Shown here piece after piece: positions 27,536-39,781 of a stretch of 64,000 nucleotides of DNA; position 1 is the stretch's first letter; the number at the start of each line of letters is the position of its first letter. This stretch comes from Octopus vulgaris (taxonomy: Eukaryota), in the NCBI GenBank assembly GCA_951406725.2, contig OX597825.1:22444001-22508000 (forward strand). The letters are read 5' to 3'. The notes below the pieces were generated by a model. The model ran no database searches and was not told the DNA's origin. It saw only the letters and a list, made by a program, of their open reading frames with translations. The translations under genes were made by a program, and so were the position numbers.

Positions 27536-27943
27536 TGTGTAGACACACAAGTGCTAGGACCGGCTTAAATTATACACCTTATGTGATAATATGGTAAGAA
27601 TTTGGGATCCGAATTTACTAGACAAAACAAACTGGCTCTACGTGTAGGAAAACATACAATATGATTTCTATATCAAATGTAGATATGAAGGTGTTATTGG
27701 CTGGTTTAGATTCAACAAATTATACAAATAAAATCAGAAAAATTATGGATTCAAATTTACACATAAATCATACATCGCGTATATATGCGGTGAAATATAT
27801 ATAATTGAATTATTTTTGTTTTATTTTTCTACACAGAAATATCTGTAGTTTTTAGACTTATAACCAAGGGTTGATTTCTTATATAGAAATCAGTTTAAAT
27901 CTCAAAGAAGAGGGAGTGAGAGAGAGAAAGATTAAATGTAAGT

Positions 27944-28006
<63 letters not shown>

Positions 28007-28649
28007 TCTTTTAAGTCAATTTTCTGTTTTACTGATATCTATAACATCGATATTGGAATAATGAAATGCAAATTCCAGCTCGAGAATATTTGAAAGAAAG
28101 ATATAAGGCGACGTAAGGATATACTCTTGGCTTAATTAATTCAGCGATCCACATTCCCACTGCCGCAATCAATCTATAGTACTATTATAATTGTCACAAT
28201 GTACGTTCGAGCAACATGCTCTTAACAACCAGTCTTAACTACACAACATAATGGAAGACAATCAAAATTTTCAACATCATCAAATGACTTCGAAAGATAC
28301 AATTTAAACAAGCGTAACAATGGAATAATATTGAAGACATTAACTTGATTAGATAATGCGTCGAAGATCTATAAATTTATGCACTAAACCAGAAATTATT
28401 ATTTTTTTTTTCAAATCAGAAATTCTATTTCGTGTTTCAAATTTAATGAAATCCGTACATAATTACATATTATTCTGTTAACTCTGGAATATTGAAGCGG
28501 GAAATGACATCCATTCCGATTTGAACTTAGAACACAAATGGCATGAGTTATTCACTGCAAGATATTTTAAGCTGGAACAGGTCAACCACCAGCTATCAAC
28601 TATTACGACGGAGACTATAACACCCGCGTCAACTGCAACAGCAAGAGCA

Positions 28650-28970
28650 GTGGAGGCGCAATGCCCCAATGGTTAGAGCAGCGGTCTTGCGGTCGGATGA
28701 TCGCGGTTTCGATTCCCAGACCGGGCGTTGTGTGTGTTTATTGAGCGAAAACACCTAAAGCTCCACGAGGCTCCGGCAGGGGTGGGGGCGACCCCTGTTG
28801 TACTCTTTCGCTCCAACTTTCTCTCACTCTTTCTTCCTGTTTCTTGTCCCCGACTACCTACGCAACCGCTGAGCCTTGCCTTCTCTTCTGCGGGTCTTAC
28901 GAGTAGCAAAGGACCACGTTTCGGACTTCTCCAATCTTGCGAGCTCTAGGACGAAGACCGTTCGCTCAAC
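28650..28970 (+). mobile_element. tRNA-derived SINE (core A + tail 2)
   Basis: First ~195 bp match 1391-1586; the sequence after ttcctgtttc is unrelated. Flanked by caacagcaa on both sides. Confidence 0.85.
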
Positions 28971-29127
28971 AGCAACAATAGTAATACTTATTGCTTAAAA
29001 TGTTTGACTGAAGGGCAGCAGTAGTATTTATTATTGTTATAATTATTATTATTATTGTTGTTGTTGTTGTTGTTATTGTTATTTTATTGTTATAGGCACA
29101 TAAGGCGGCGAATTAGCAGAATCGTTC

Positions 29128-29892
29128 AGGAGGAATTTCGAACCGAGGACGATGAATAGCTTCCAGAAATCCCTAGCTTGGCAGTGCTAACGGCGGGCAC
29201 TGCAGGTTGGAGATAAACTCTACAGGCACGGAGTGCTGTCAGACGGATCTACCCGAGATGCGCGCAGAGCGACGAAACCACTCTGTACGCACTCGTCCAG
29301 TGTCCGTGCATTACTGACTTGTGGAGTTATGTTGAACAGCTGTTATCACGTGTAGGACGGATCCGGCTATCGGCCGAGTCAACAGTGAAGATCAATCCTC
29401 CCTCTTCCATTGTCCGGAAGCGCAGGCAATTTTCTTCTGGCTGATAGCTGTAGCTATAGAGGTTGTATGGTGGACCAGGTCGAAGGACTGAAAACAGACA
29501 CTTTTCTCTTCGGCAAATCCCGCATCAACTTTTCCAAGTTTCACCTGGAAAGGAAGATGAGGGTGGAGAGAAATGCTGCCTCGCAGTACATTTGCTAAAA
29601 GGTGAATGAGTGTAGCGAAAATGGCCCGTGTGAGTCGACCTACACTAATAATGTACCAATAGGCTAGTGAATTTAGAAGCAGAATGGTGCTCTTCCCGGA
29701 TGCACTCGAAGCGTCGAGTGGTTCAGGATTGGTGGGGTACCCACCCCTATATGGAAACATTCATCGTTATATTCTTTTTGTTTGATATTATTGTTAGTGT
29801 TTTTTTTGTATTCGTTGCTTCTGTGTAAAATCCGCACTTTCCGTGTCTATTGTATTGTTCTCTATATGCCAGCTCTAGTGGACAATAAATGA
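29128..29892 (+). mobile_element. 5'-truncated L1/Tx1-clade LINE 3' end (zf-RVT region + 3' UTR) with (AAT)n tail
   Basis: FQKSLAWQC*RRALQVGDKLYRHG, then YPRCAQSDETTLYALVQCPCITDLWSYVEQLL (C..C..ET..H...CP....W knuckle). AATAAA at ~29884, then (AAT)n. Confidence 0.8.
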
Positions 29893-29948
<56 letters not shown>

Positions 29949-30072
29949 CAACAACAACAACAACAACAACAATAATAATAATAATAATAATAAAAACAAC
30001 AATAATAATAATAATAACAATATTAATAATAATAATGATAATTTATTGTTATTATTATTATTATTATTATCA
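29893..30072. repeat. (AAT)/(AAC) then (ATT) trinucleotide tract
   Basis: Direct inspection. Confidence 0.95.
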
Positions 30073-30084
30073 TCATATGCGCTC

Positions 30085-30690
30085 TAGGTGGCGAGCTGGC
30101 AGAATTGTTAGCACACTGGATACAATGCTTAGTGGTATTTTGTCCGTCACTACGTTCGAAGTTCAAATTCCGCCGAGGTCGACTTTGCCTTGCATCAATT
30201 CGGGGTCGATAAACTAGTGAAACACTGGGGACGATGAAAACTACTAGTCTCCTTCCCACACATTTCAGGCCTTGTGCCTTTAGTAGAAAGGACTATTATT
30301 ATTATTATAGGCACAAGGCCTAAATTATAGAAATGGCTCGTCAATTACATTTACTCAATACTTCATTGCTATTTTGCTTTATCGATCCCGAAAGGAATGA
30401 AAGGCAAAACAGACCTCGATAGAATATGATCTAAGAACGTAGAGCCAGAATAATTCTCCTAAGCATTTTGTCCGACGCTGTAACGATTCAACCAGTTCGC
30501 CATCGGAAAGCCAGCAAGGATATTAAAATAATTCAGTTGGCGAGTTTATTACATCGACCCCACTACTTATTGGTACTTTATTTTATCGACCCCGAAAAGA
30601 TAATGAGCCCAGATGACGTAGGAGGGATTTTGAGAGATACCGCGAAGACTTTTACTCATCCTTTAATAACTCTGTCCAGTCGCCGACAGT
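30085..30690. mobile_element. Cluster of three family M SINEs (+ 30085-30292; - 30308-30505; - 30540-30690)
   Basis: aggtggcgagctggcagaa head and gaggtcgactttgcc; inverted degenerate copies with tttatcga.cccgaaa. Confidence 0.75.
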
Positions 30691-30984
30691 GGATGTTTTT
30701 TCTTCTGGTTTTGACATGCGACTGGTTCCGGCTGGAAATAACAGATAACGGAATACTTTTTTTCCTATTGTTGTGCTTATTGAATATAAAATATAATTCA
30801 TAGCGATGCCAAGAGACTAAAAAAAAAAAGAAAAAGAAAAACAGAAGCAACAGCAGTAGGAGTAGCAGTAGAGAAAGAAGTAGCAGCAGAAGCGGCAATA
30901 GCAACAGCAGCAGCAGTAGTAATAGTAGTAAGAGGAGGAGGGGGAGAATGTGTGGTAAGAGGGTGGAGGATGTGGAGGAGAGGA

Positions 30985-31030
30985 ATGATGATGATGATGA
31001 TGATGATATTGATGGTGGTGGTGGTGGTGG

Positions 31031-31073
<43 letters not shown>

Positions 31074-31081
31074 GATGATGA

Positions 31082-31115
<34 letters not shown>

Positions 31116-31292
31116 GGTGGTGGTGATGATGATGGATATGATGAGGATGATGATGATGATGGTGGTGGTGGTGGTGATGATGATGATGATGATGGATATG
31201 ATGTGGATGATAATGATGATGATGATGATGATGATGATGGTGATGGTGGTGGTGATGATGATGATGATGGATATGATGATGAGGAGGAGGAA

Positions 31293-31329
<37 letters not shown>

Positions 31330-31495
31330 GTGATGGTGGTGGTGATGATGATGATGAGGAGGAGGATGATGATGATGATGAGGATGATGATGGTGGTGGT
31401 GATGATGATGATGATGGATATGATGATGATGATGATGATGATGATGATTATGATGATGGTGGTGGTGAGGAGGATGACGACGACGACGACGACGA
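30985..31495. repeat. Compound (GAT)/(GGT)/(GAG) microsatellite with higher-order repetition
   Basis: Recurrent block (ggt)n(gat)n ggatat gat.. Confidence 0.95.
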
Positions 31496-32215
31496 AGGAA
31501 AAGAAAGCTGGCGTTTCTTTGGTTGATAAATCACGTCAGATCTGATTGGATAGGGTTATTGATTTAGAAATACAATCATTTAACTATTTCTACTTTCTCT
31601 TTCCCCCTCTCTTTCTCTCTCGCTCTCCTTTTAGTCCACAGTAGAATTATTACTGCATACGTAAACGAATGTGGAATTTAAACTAATGCAAAGAATTATA
31701 TGTTTGCGCGAGAGAGTCAAAGAAAGAAGAATGTATTTAGAAAAATTAATTAGAAAAAATATTACGATCATTCGAAATTTAAAGAAATCTAATCATAATA
31801 TTCATTACCAATGTACAAAATAAATTCAAGATTTTCTTGATTCCATTGACCTTTCAAACTAAATATTTCAAAATGCTTTTGGGGGGTCTTCATTGGTCGT
31901 TTTATATTGTATTTTGTGAAATGTTTTCTTGGCTGTTGATGTATGTTTAATGTGTTACTAATATTTTGCTTATATTTTCATGCAATGAATAAATTACCAT
32001 GTTCTATGGCGTTCGCTTATCCATATAAAAGAATAGGCTTTAATATACTGTCGATTCATTTACAATTATTTTATCTAAGAGAAAAAGTCATGGGTACTTT
32101 TTAGACTATTTTAACGCATTTACTAATAATTTGTTTAAATTATTGGTATGGACTGAAGGATACTTGGTCAATGGATAGTGTAGGTGTTCCAAGACCAGTA
32201 AGATCGATGAATTAC

Positions 32216-32622
32216 TTATTTCTTTACTACCCACAAGGGGCTAAACACAGAGGTGACAAACAAGGACAGACAAACGAATTAAGTTGATAATATCGACCCC
32301 AGTGCGTAACTGGTACTTATTTAATCGACCCCGAAAGGATGAAAGGCAAAGTCGACCTCGGCGGAATTTGAACTCAGAACGTAGCGGCAGACGAAATACC
32401 TATTTCTTTATTACCCACAAGGGGCTAAACATAGAGGGGACAAACAAGGACAGACATAGCCAATTACATCGACCTCAGTGCGTAACTGGTACTTAATTTA
32501 TCGAGCCCGAAAGGATGAAAGGCAAAGTCGACCTCGGCGGAATTTGAACTCAGAACGTAACGGCAAACGAAATACCGCTGAGCATTTCGCCCGGCGTGCT
32601 AACGATTCTGCAAGCTCGCCGA
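32216..32622 (-). mobile_element. SINE family M, one head + two tandem bodies
   Basis: tatttcttta marker at 32217 and 32401 (spacing 184); aattac on both flanks. Confidence 0.9.
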
Positions 32623-33063
32623 TAAATTACCGTTTTTCCAGAGAAATTTCAAGTTGATCGTCACAGGTAATAACGCTCAGGGAGGAAATCTCACAAATCA
32701 AAGAATTGTACAGGTTATTGTGGGAAGTTCAGTCAAATTATAAGTGGGGAGACAAACGGAGAGCGTTCGTTCGAGTCGGAAGATCTCAGACGTTCTGCCG
32801 ATCGACCGACTAGTTTCAAGGAGTAAGGAACATTCGATGTGGGGGCAGGAAGGGCACAAAAAATTGACTGCAGGTCTCTGACATTGAATGAAATGTGGTA
32901 GTAATGGTGGTGGGTTCTATATCAATCATTCGTGTCGCCTTACTTTCAATGCAATCAAGGTAATCTCTGTATGTTCGTGGACGTATGTGTGAAAGTGTGC
33001 GTGTGTGTGTTTGTATGTATGTGTGCGTGTTCGTTTGTACGTGCCTATGAGTTTGTGATTGTA

Positions 33064-33310
33064 TTGGGTTGGTGCATAATTATTGCGGCTTTTTTTCAAC
33101 AAATTTTATTCAACAAATACAATAACATGTAACAAAAATGTATTTAAATGATTCTTCCGGAGCATATTCACCATCTACTTCAATTACTGCTTCCCATTTG
33201 CTTGTAGACAGTCAGACCGTCATTTAAAGATGTTTTAATTAAATGTTCTTATTGTTTTTATGGAATAAAATTTGTTGTAATAAAACCGCAATAATTATGC
33301 AACGACCCAA
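33064..33310 (-). mobile_element. Mariner deletion derivative (MITE)
   Basis: TIR ttgggttggtgcataattattgcgg / ccgcaataattatgcaacgacccaa with TA flanks. The minus strand encodes TSKWEAVIEVDGEY, a mariner C-terminus. Confidence 0.85.
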
Positions 33311-33949
33311 TATGTGTAAAAACCACCTCCGCTCCAGACCTGTTAATGGTCCCCCTTTTCTTTATCTCACAGTATGTATATGGTTTGAGCCGCCTTATTC
33401 AAACCATATCCAATAATCCAGAATCAGTGTCGACTTTATTAATGTTGACCGTAATCTGTTCGAGTTGGGTATAAGTAAATCACAGATGGCAGATGCGAGG
33501 GCTGGAAAAGATTTTAACGTAGGATGAAAGTGATGTAGTAACAGATGGTTACACGGAGACATCGTTAAACATGACATCAGACCACGACACATAGTTGAAC
33601 AGTACAATCTGAGATTAGCTATAAATCTTATATAATTGTCGTTACCCTATCTTTACGACAGCATAAATACGGTGTTGTCAGATAAAGTGATAATTCTTAT
33701 AAATATGGATGTAATAATTCCGTTCCACGTAGTTATGTTTGGGGCACAGATCCACAGAGGTTTAAATACTCAACCCATGAAACAGAATATTAACTATGAC
33801 ACAGTTCAGACAACCGGATTATTGTAATATTGTATGTCATAATAACACAAAACAGGTGTCGATCTGTTATAATTCTAGGATCTAAATTTTCAAAATCAAT
33901 AGCATATCAGAAAATTTGAATACATGTTTGCGTAAAAACAAACGAATTC

Positions 33950-34364
33950 GGACCTGTTCGTTTGAACGGCAGTTTTTTCTAGCGGTGTCATATGAAATTG
34001 TCACCCATAATTATGACCCTAGTATCGATCTATTGCATTTCAATCTGTTTTAGGGTTAGAGTTAGGGATGGGGGAAGGGTATCTTTTTTTCTTCACAAAT
34101 GTAAATAAACCCAATCTGTTTCTTAAACAAGGGGCATATTCATACGGCACAGAATGTTTTCACCTCAATAGACGTCATTCATTGGTTGAAATTGCAGAAA
34201 TTGAAGAAAAACAACAACACATATCTTACAACCTATATAATTTTATCAATAAAGCCAAGAGAAAAAGATGTTTTATAAACACATTCTACCAGTATACGAA
34301 GTTTAAAAGTGTTTAGTTACGTGGCAATTATTTTAAAAAACTGCCGTTCAAACCGAAAAGATCC
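33950..34364. mobile_element. Second copy of the 8-bp-TSD MITE
   Basis: Collinear with 3996-4416. TSD acgaattc (33942-33949) / acgaagtc (34365-34372). Confidence 0.9.
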
Positions 34365-34526
34365 ACGAAGTCTTTACTGTTAAGTCTAAATTGAACATGA
34401 TATAAATATAAATATTATTTCTAAGTCCCTCTAAAAGAGACTACCGCAGCGGTACTGGATATTAACAGTTATCGCCAAGCTAATATGGCAGTCCATAAAT
34501 ATAGGACGAAAGTTAATCAGCGAATA

Positions 34527-34910
34527 TCTTTATATATAAAAGTCAAGTTGTGTGTCTGTCTCCTACGATTTAGATTCCTAACTACTCCCACATTTTGCGG
34601 TGCAGTTTAACCAAAACCGGGTATCTTATAGTCGTGATTCATATCGAGCCCATCTGGGTATTAGCGCGCGTCTACGATGAGTCTACGATTTTAAAAACAT
34701 TTACCATCATTTTTTCCATTTTAATGCATTTTTCGCTATTATATAAGGGAAGCAACTCTCTAAAAATGTCTACGATGAGTCAACGATTTAAAAAAAAAAT
34801 TACCATATTTTTTTTTCCATTTTTAATGCATTTTTTGACTATAACTCTCTAAAAATGCTTATATAGTTATTTCCCTTACAAACCCGAGCAACGCTGGGCG
34901 ATACTGATAG
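34527..34910 (+). mobile_element. Non-autonomous Helitron
   Basis: 5' A|TCtttatatataaaa. 3' GC-rich hairpin cccgagcaacgctggg, then atactgATAG|T (a CTAG variant). Internal duplication tctacgatgagtc.acgattt. No TSD. Confidence 0.8.
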
Positions 34911-35183
34911 TGATATATATTTTGTTTTAAACGAAGTCACTCTCATTATATATTATAATATATATAATATACGATATAATATATATAATATACAATATAA
35001 TCAGTTCTGTTAGGGTAGCAAACTGCCAGACACATTAACGTTCCGGGTAAAATGCTTAGGGATATTTCTTTCGATCTCACCTTTCTGAGTTCAAATACCG
35101 CAGGGGTCGTTATTGTTTTTCATCCATGAGGTGTTCATGTGAAATATAGTGATGTGAAACGGATTCTAGTAGTAAAACAGACG

Positions 35184-35683
35184 GAATTCTGCTTTAAGCA
35201 CACCATATAACCCCTCTAGAATTTTTTTCATTTTTTGAAATTCTCCAAGGAATTTTGTGTATTTGTGTTCTACTCACAAGAAATTACACAGCTAATAAAA
35301 TAAAAAATAAAAAGTTTTTGAAGTTAATTTTTTTTTGTTTTGATATTTTAAAAATCAGAGTTTCAAATATAGACTGTCCAAATTTTTGCTTAAATCCCAG
35401 AAATAGATTATTAAATGTATTTATGAGGAGAAAGATGTTGACATATATCTATACAGCCGAGTGACAAAGAAATGAGGAGGGTATCAAATGGTCGTGAGAT
35501 GTACTAAAAATCACAGCTAAATAGCCCTTAAATGATACACCAACATTTTTTTTTTGTTTTGTTTTGGTGTTTGCAAAATTATGATTTCCCGTGTGTAGAA
35601 TAGAAATTCACAAAAATTTTCTGAAAATTCCTAAAAAGATTAAAAAAATAATGAGAGATTACATGACGTGTTTAAAGCAGAAT
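35184..35683. mobile_element. Degenerate foldback DNA element with long TIRs
   Basis: aattctgctttaagcacacc..aattttgtgtatttgtgttctac / gtagaatagaaattcacaaaaattt..gtgtttaaagcagaatt. A related arm lies at ~26990-27060. Confidence 0.55.
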
Positions 35684-36057
35684 TGCACGGTAAATCATTT
35701 ACAAATGACATGCTTTGATAGCAACAGACAAGTAAATTAGCTGTGCGACCATACATTAAATATTAACTCTTTATTTATGACTACATGGCTACACATTCAT
35801 GTACACAGAAATAAAAATTAAATATACTCACTGCATAAACGCGTAACCGCGCGCGCACACACATGCATACACACATACATACACTTGTATAATAACTAAA
35901 ATGTGTTTTTTTTTTGACAAATTTATTAAAATGTCACGTAGATTGCCTTACGGTAATTATTGTGGCTCATTCTGCTCGGCGTTCAATTCCTTCAAGGGTT
36001 AAACTTGTCTTTCATTTTTAGGGAACTTTAGATAAATTACTAGTATTGTAGGGGCAA

Positions 36058-36094
<37 letters not shown>

Positions 36095-36207
36095 AAATCT
36101 ATCTCACCCTTTCTCTCTAACTAAATCTCCTTCTCTCTCACATTAAATCTCTCTCTCACTTAATCTTTCTCTCGCTCTCTCTTTCTCTGTTGTGTTGACG
36201 CCCCCAG

Positions 36208-36313
36208 ACGATGAAGTAGGCTAGCGCAATACGTAGATATAGAGGGAGATGTCTAGACGTCGAGGAGTTGCGTAGAGGTCATCCGTACGTGCGATATAAC
36301 AGTGGCAACGACG
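36208..36313 (+). other. Candidate exon of an unidentified gene
   Basis: Long pyrimidine tract, cccccAG acceptor and G|GTGAGA donor; unique, relatively GC-rich sequence. One frame reads TMK*ASAIRRYRGRCLDVEELRRGHPYVRYNSGND, with an alternative acceptor TAG at 36217-36219. Confidence 0.35.
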
Positions 36314-36352
36314 GTGAGATGCTCACACAGCCACTGTGTAGTATTGCGATAT

Positions 36353-36397
<45 letters not shown>

Positions 36398-36455
36398 TTT
36401 TTTCTCTGTCTGTATATCTCACCTTTCTCTCCGTCTCCTTTGCTACCCCTGGAAG

Positions 36456-36509
36456 GAATCTATGGTCAGATCTGGAATGAGATTGGTCCCAAAGTTCTCC
36501 ATGCGCCAC
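36456..36509 (+). CDS. Candidate 54-nt exon of an unidentified gene
   Basis: Pyrimidine tract, weak AAG acceptor and C|GTATGT donor. In phase with the upstream candidate exon (GIYGQIWNEIGPKVLHAP); alternatively starts MVRSGMRLVPKFSMRH at 36462. Confidence 0.3.
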
Positions 36510-36943
36510 GTATGTGATGATGGGTTCCCTACGATACAGCAAGCATTTGAGGGTTCATATCATGGCATAGCATTTCGTGTAAAGTCACAGACAACTAAAA
36601 GCAGGAATAACTGTACCGATCAAACAAAATGTGATGAAGGCAGAATTAATTTCACGCTTGAATAAATTACTTGAAGTTAATATTGAAGGTTTAAAGTTTC
36701 AGACGTTAATCCTACTTCAGATAGGAATCGAACAAATTTTGCAGAAAAAAATGAAAGAGAAAGAGTGGCACAATGGAAGAATTTAGTAAAAATAATCCAT
36801 ATTATGCAAAAACTGTATACTTATTTACTCATATAATTGTGTTCGTGTGTATGTCTATACAACAATTCGTCGATGATCGCAGGTGTTACGTTCCTCAAAA
36901 CACCACGGTAGATGAAAGCCCACGAAATTGTAACAGCACCGTA

Positions 36944-37013
<70 letters not shown>

Positions 37014-37019
37014 CCTTCT

Positions 37020-37209
37020 GTCCGTAGTCATTCGCCATGATAGATCGGTAGCCACTACACACACTTTTCTCTCTCCTTGTTTTTTCTGTGTCTCTTTCTG
37101 TAGAAGAGCGTAGGCTCGAAATGTAAAATACATTTTTCTGTTCCTGAGCGCTATACTAATACTTATGTTTGTTTTGTACACCACTTGTCTTCGCCCTTTG
37201 TTCTTTTCG

Positions 37210-37212
<3 letters not shown>
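37020..37212 (+). mobile_element. Family P1 repeat
   Basis: tagccactacacacac..ctttctgtagaagagcgtaggctcgaaatgtaaaa.. between (TA)n tracts. Confidence 0.65.
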
Positions 37213-37291
<79 letters not shown>

Positions 37292-37351
37292 TTGTAAAAA
37301 ATGAAGTTCGAAAATGCTGCTGTATTATACAATTTTTAATTTTTATATATA

Positions 37352-37396
37352 CATTATAACATGTTTCAGTTCCTGAAATGAACCTTATCAAAAAAA
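37352..37396 (-). ncRNA. Hammerhead-like motif with U3:A8 core
   Basis: Minus strand: tttt-TTGATAA-ggttc atttcag gaact-GAAA-catg-TT-ataa. Palindromic stem III acatgt; weak stem I. Confidence 0.4.
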
Positions 37397-37747
37397 GTTA
37401 TATATAAAAAGAGACAGCTCATGCCGTCAAACACAAGAAATTCATTTATAATACACAACGGAGTCAGACATCTTAGAGTTCATGTATAGTTGATATATAG
37501 TTCATGTATAGTTGATATATAGTTTGAAGTATATGTTCAAAGTGTTCGATGCAGTGGCCCACGGTGGCGATACGTATTCAATACAAAAAACAGATCAAAG
37601 TGGTGGAAAGCGGTCAATACAGAAGATTGATGTTTCCGAAAGAGCGAGGAATTCATTTTTACCTTAAGCAATTGTGATGACCCATGGTGGAAGTTCGCTG
37701 GGTGGTTCTAGTGATTTTTTGTGAAATGCTTGGTTTTATAATGCCTG

Positions 37748-37857
37748 TTAGGTGGTCAATCTAGCGTAGCGTGACGTCATCAATGTTTTGACCAATCGTT
37801 TCGTTAGGTGGCTTTAATCAAGTGGAACGGGACGTCATCATTATTTTGACCAATCGC
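37748..37857. promoter_or_regulatory. Tandem pair of ~55-bp units, each with a CRE-like (T/G)GACGTCA and a CCAAT box
   Basis: ttaggtgg..gacgtcatca..ttttgaccaatcg occurs twice. Confidence 0.35.
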
Positions 37858-37980
37858 TGCATTATAACTCCCTCTTGTTTGTTTCCTGTACATATATATT
37901 ATTTTTATAATTTGTATATATTTATTTTATTATAAATGTAAAACAGTACCACAGAGGAATCAACGTAAGCATAAATAACA

Positions 37981-38020
37981 AACCGCGATACGTGAACCGT
38001 GATATGGCGTGGGATTACTG
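37981..38020. mobile_element. Solo right end of the pogo/Tigger-like MITE family seen at 52229-52460
   Basis: gatacgtgaaccgtgatatggcgtgggattactg|ta matches 52427-52462. Confidence 0.6.
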
Positions 38021-38538
38021 TACATGTATAGAGATGTAAATATGCACGTTTGTATATATTTATTCCCAGCATTTGCCCAGAAAGTATGAATTAAAGAACC
38101 AAAGACTCAGAGGTATTAGTTTCTTAGAGTAGAGGATAATGACGTAGACTATTTTAAAATATTATGTGAACGTTATTGGGGAAACGCTTATGTTAATAAT
38201 TTTTACAATACCATGCGAGCGATATTCATAGAACAGCAGTTGTTTCGAGGCGTAATTTGTACCTTCCTGTTGGAAAATAATCTAAATGCATTCTTGCGCT
38301 TGTTATCATCGTATGCTGTATCAAAATCGGAACGTTCGAGAGAGATAACTATATATTAAAAAATTCCTTCCTGAAATCATGTTACACTTTAAATAGACCT
38401 TTTCGGAATCATGTCGGAAACGTACATTGGCACACAAATACAGACATATACATACCGACACACACACACACACGGTCACACATACACATATACCCACTTG
38501 CTTACCTACATATACATACCTACATATATTATATACAA

Positions 38539-38662
<124 letters not shown>

Positions 38663-39136
38663 TTAAAATATGTAACGTAAACGGAAGGAAGTGGATACCA
38701 ATCACGAAATTCATGATAAAAACAGAAAAAAATTGTATTTTTATCCTAGACATAATTACAAGATAAAAGCGTATAATTCTGTAAACAAAACAATGTCCTC
38801 GCTTAGCGGTCTACAAAACGGAAGTTATTTCAAAAGTAAACGGCCATATACACTCGGAGCTCATTATAGCAAAAGACACAGGATATTCTAAACAAAGACG
38901 AATTATCGTAAATTTTCTATCTGATATACCTCGGGGTAGATTCACTACATGAAAACGGTAAACAATCTCTTATGTAAAATTGCGAAACCGTAGTCACATA
39001 CCTACGCACCTACGCGCTCACACACACACTCACACACACACACACACACACACATATACCCACACACACGCGTGTATATTTACTACAATTGGAGAGAGAT
39101 GAGGCAGATAGACGATAGATATACTTACATATAGAT

Positions 39137-39205
<69 letters not shown>

Positions 39206-39278
39206 TTACATTCATTTATTCTTTTATACGTTTCAGCCCTAAAGCTGCTCTCTTGCTGGCGTACTGTGTGTGTGTATG

Positions 39279-39353
<75 letters not shown>

Positions 39354-39649
39354 TGTGTGTGTATGTGCATGTGTGCGTGTGTGTGTGTATGTGAGTAGGT
39401 GTCTGTGTCTCTAGTTGTGTGTGTATGTATGTATGTATGCATGTATGCATAACACCACTGAGGCTATATAAGTATATACAACTAAATGTAAGCTGGTTAA
39501 ATATTCGAGGAGTGTATTTTCCGCACATGATATACAAGAAGGCCAATTACAGCTAAATATAACTCCAGACGGATTATGAAATATATAAACAGAACTAAAT
39601 ATCTGAATATCATGGAAATATATGTGTGTGTGTATGTGTGTGTATGTGG

Positions 39650-39690
<41 letters not shown>

Positions 39691-39725
39691 CGTATATGTA
39701 TATGTAAATACATACACACACACAC

Positions 39726-39780
<55 letters not shown>

Positions 39781-39781
<1 letters not shown>

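Noticed and set aside
29392-29760. 122-aa minus-strand ORF
   Set aside because: Antisense of the L1/Tx1 fragment
30948-31545. 192-aa poly-Asp/Gly ORF resembling an acidic biomineralisation protein, and the overlapping poly-Met ORF
   Set aside because: Pure GAT/GGT codon use, no signal peptide or splice context, and two frames open; best explained as a compound microsatellite
32642-32666. Possible 25-nt micro-exon (ttttccag..cag|gtaata)
   Set aside because: Short pyrimidine tract right next to a SINE insertion, weak donor and no other support
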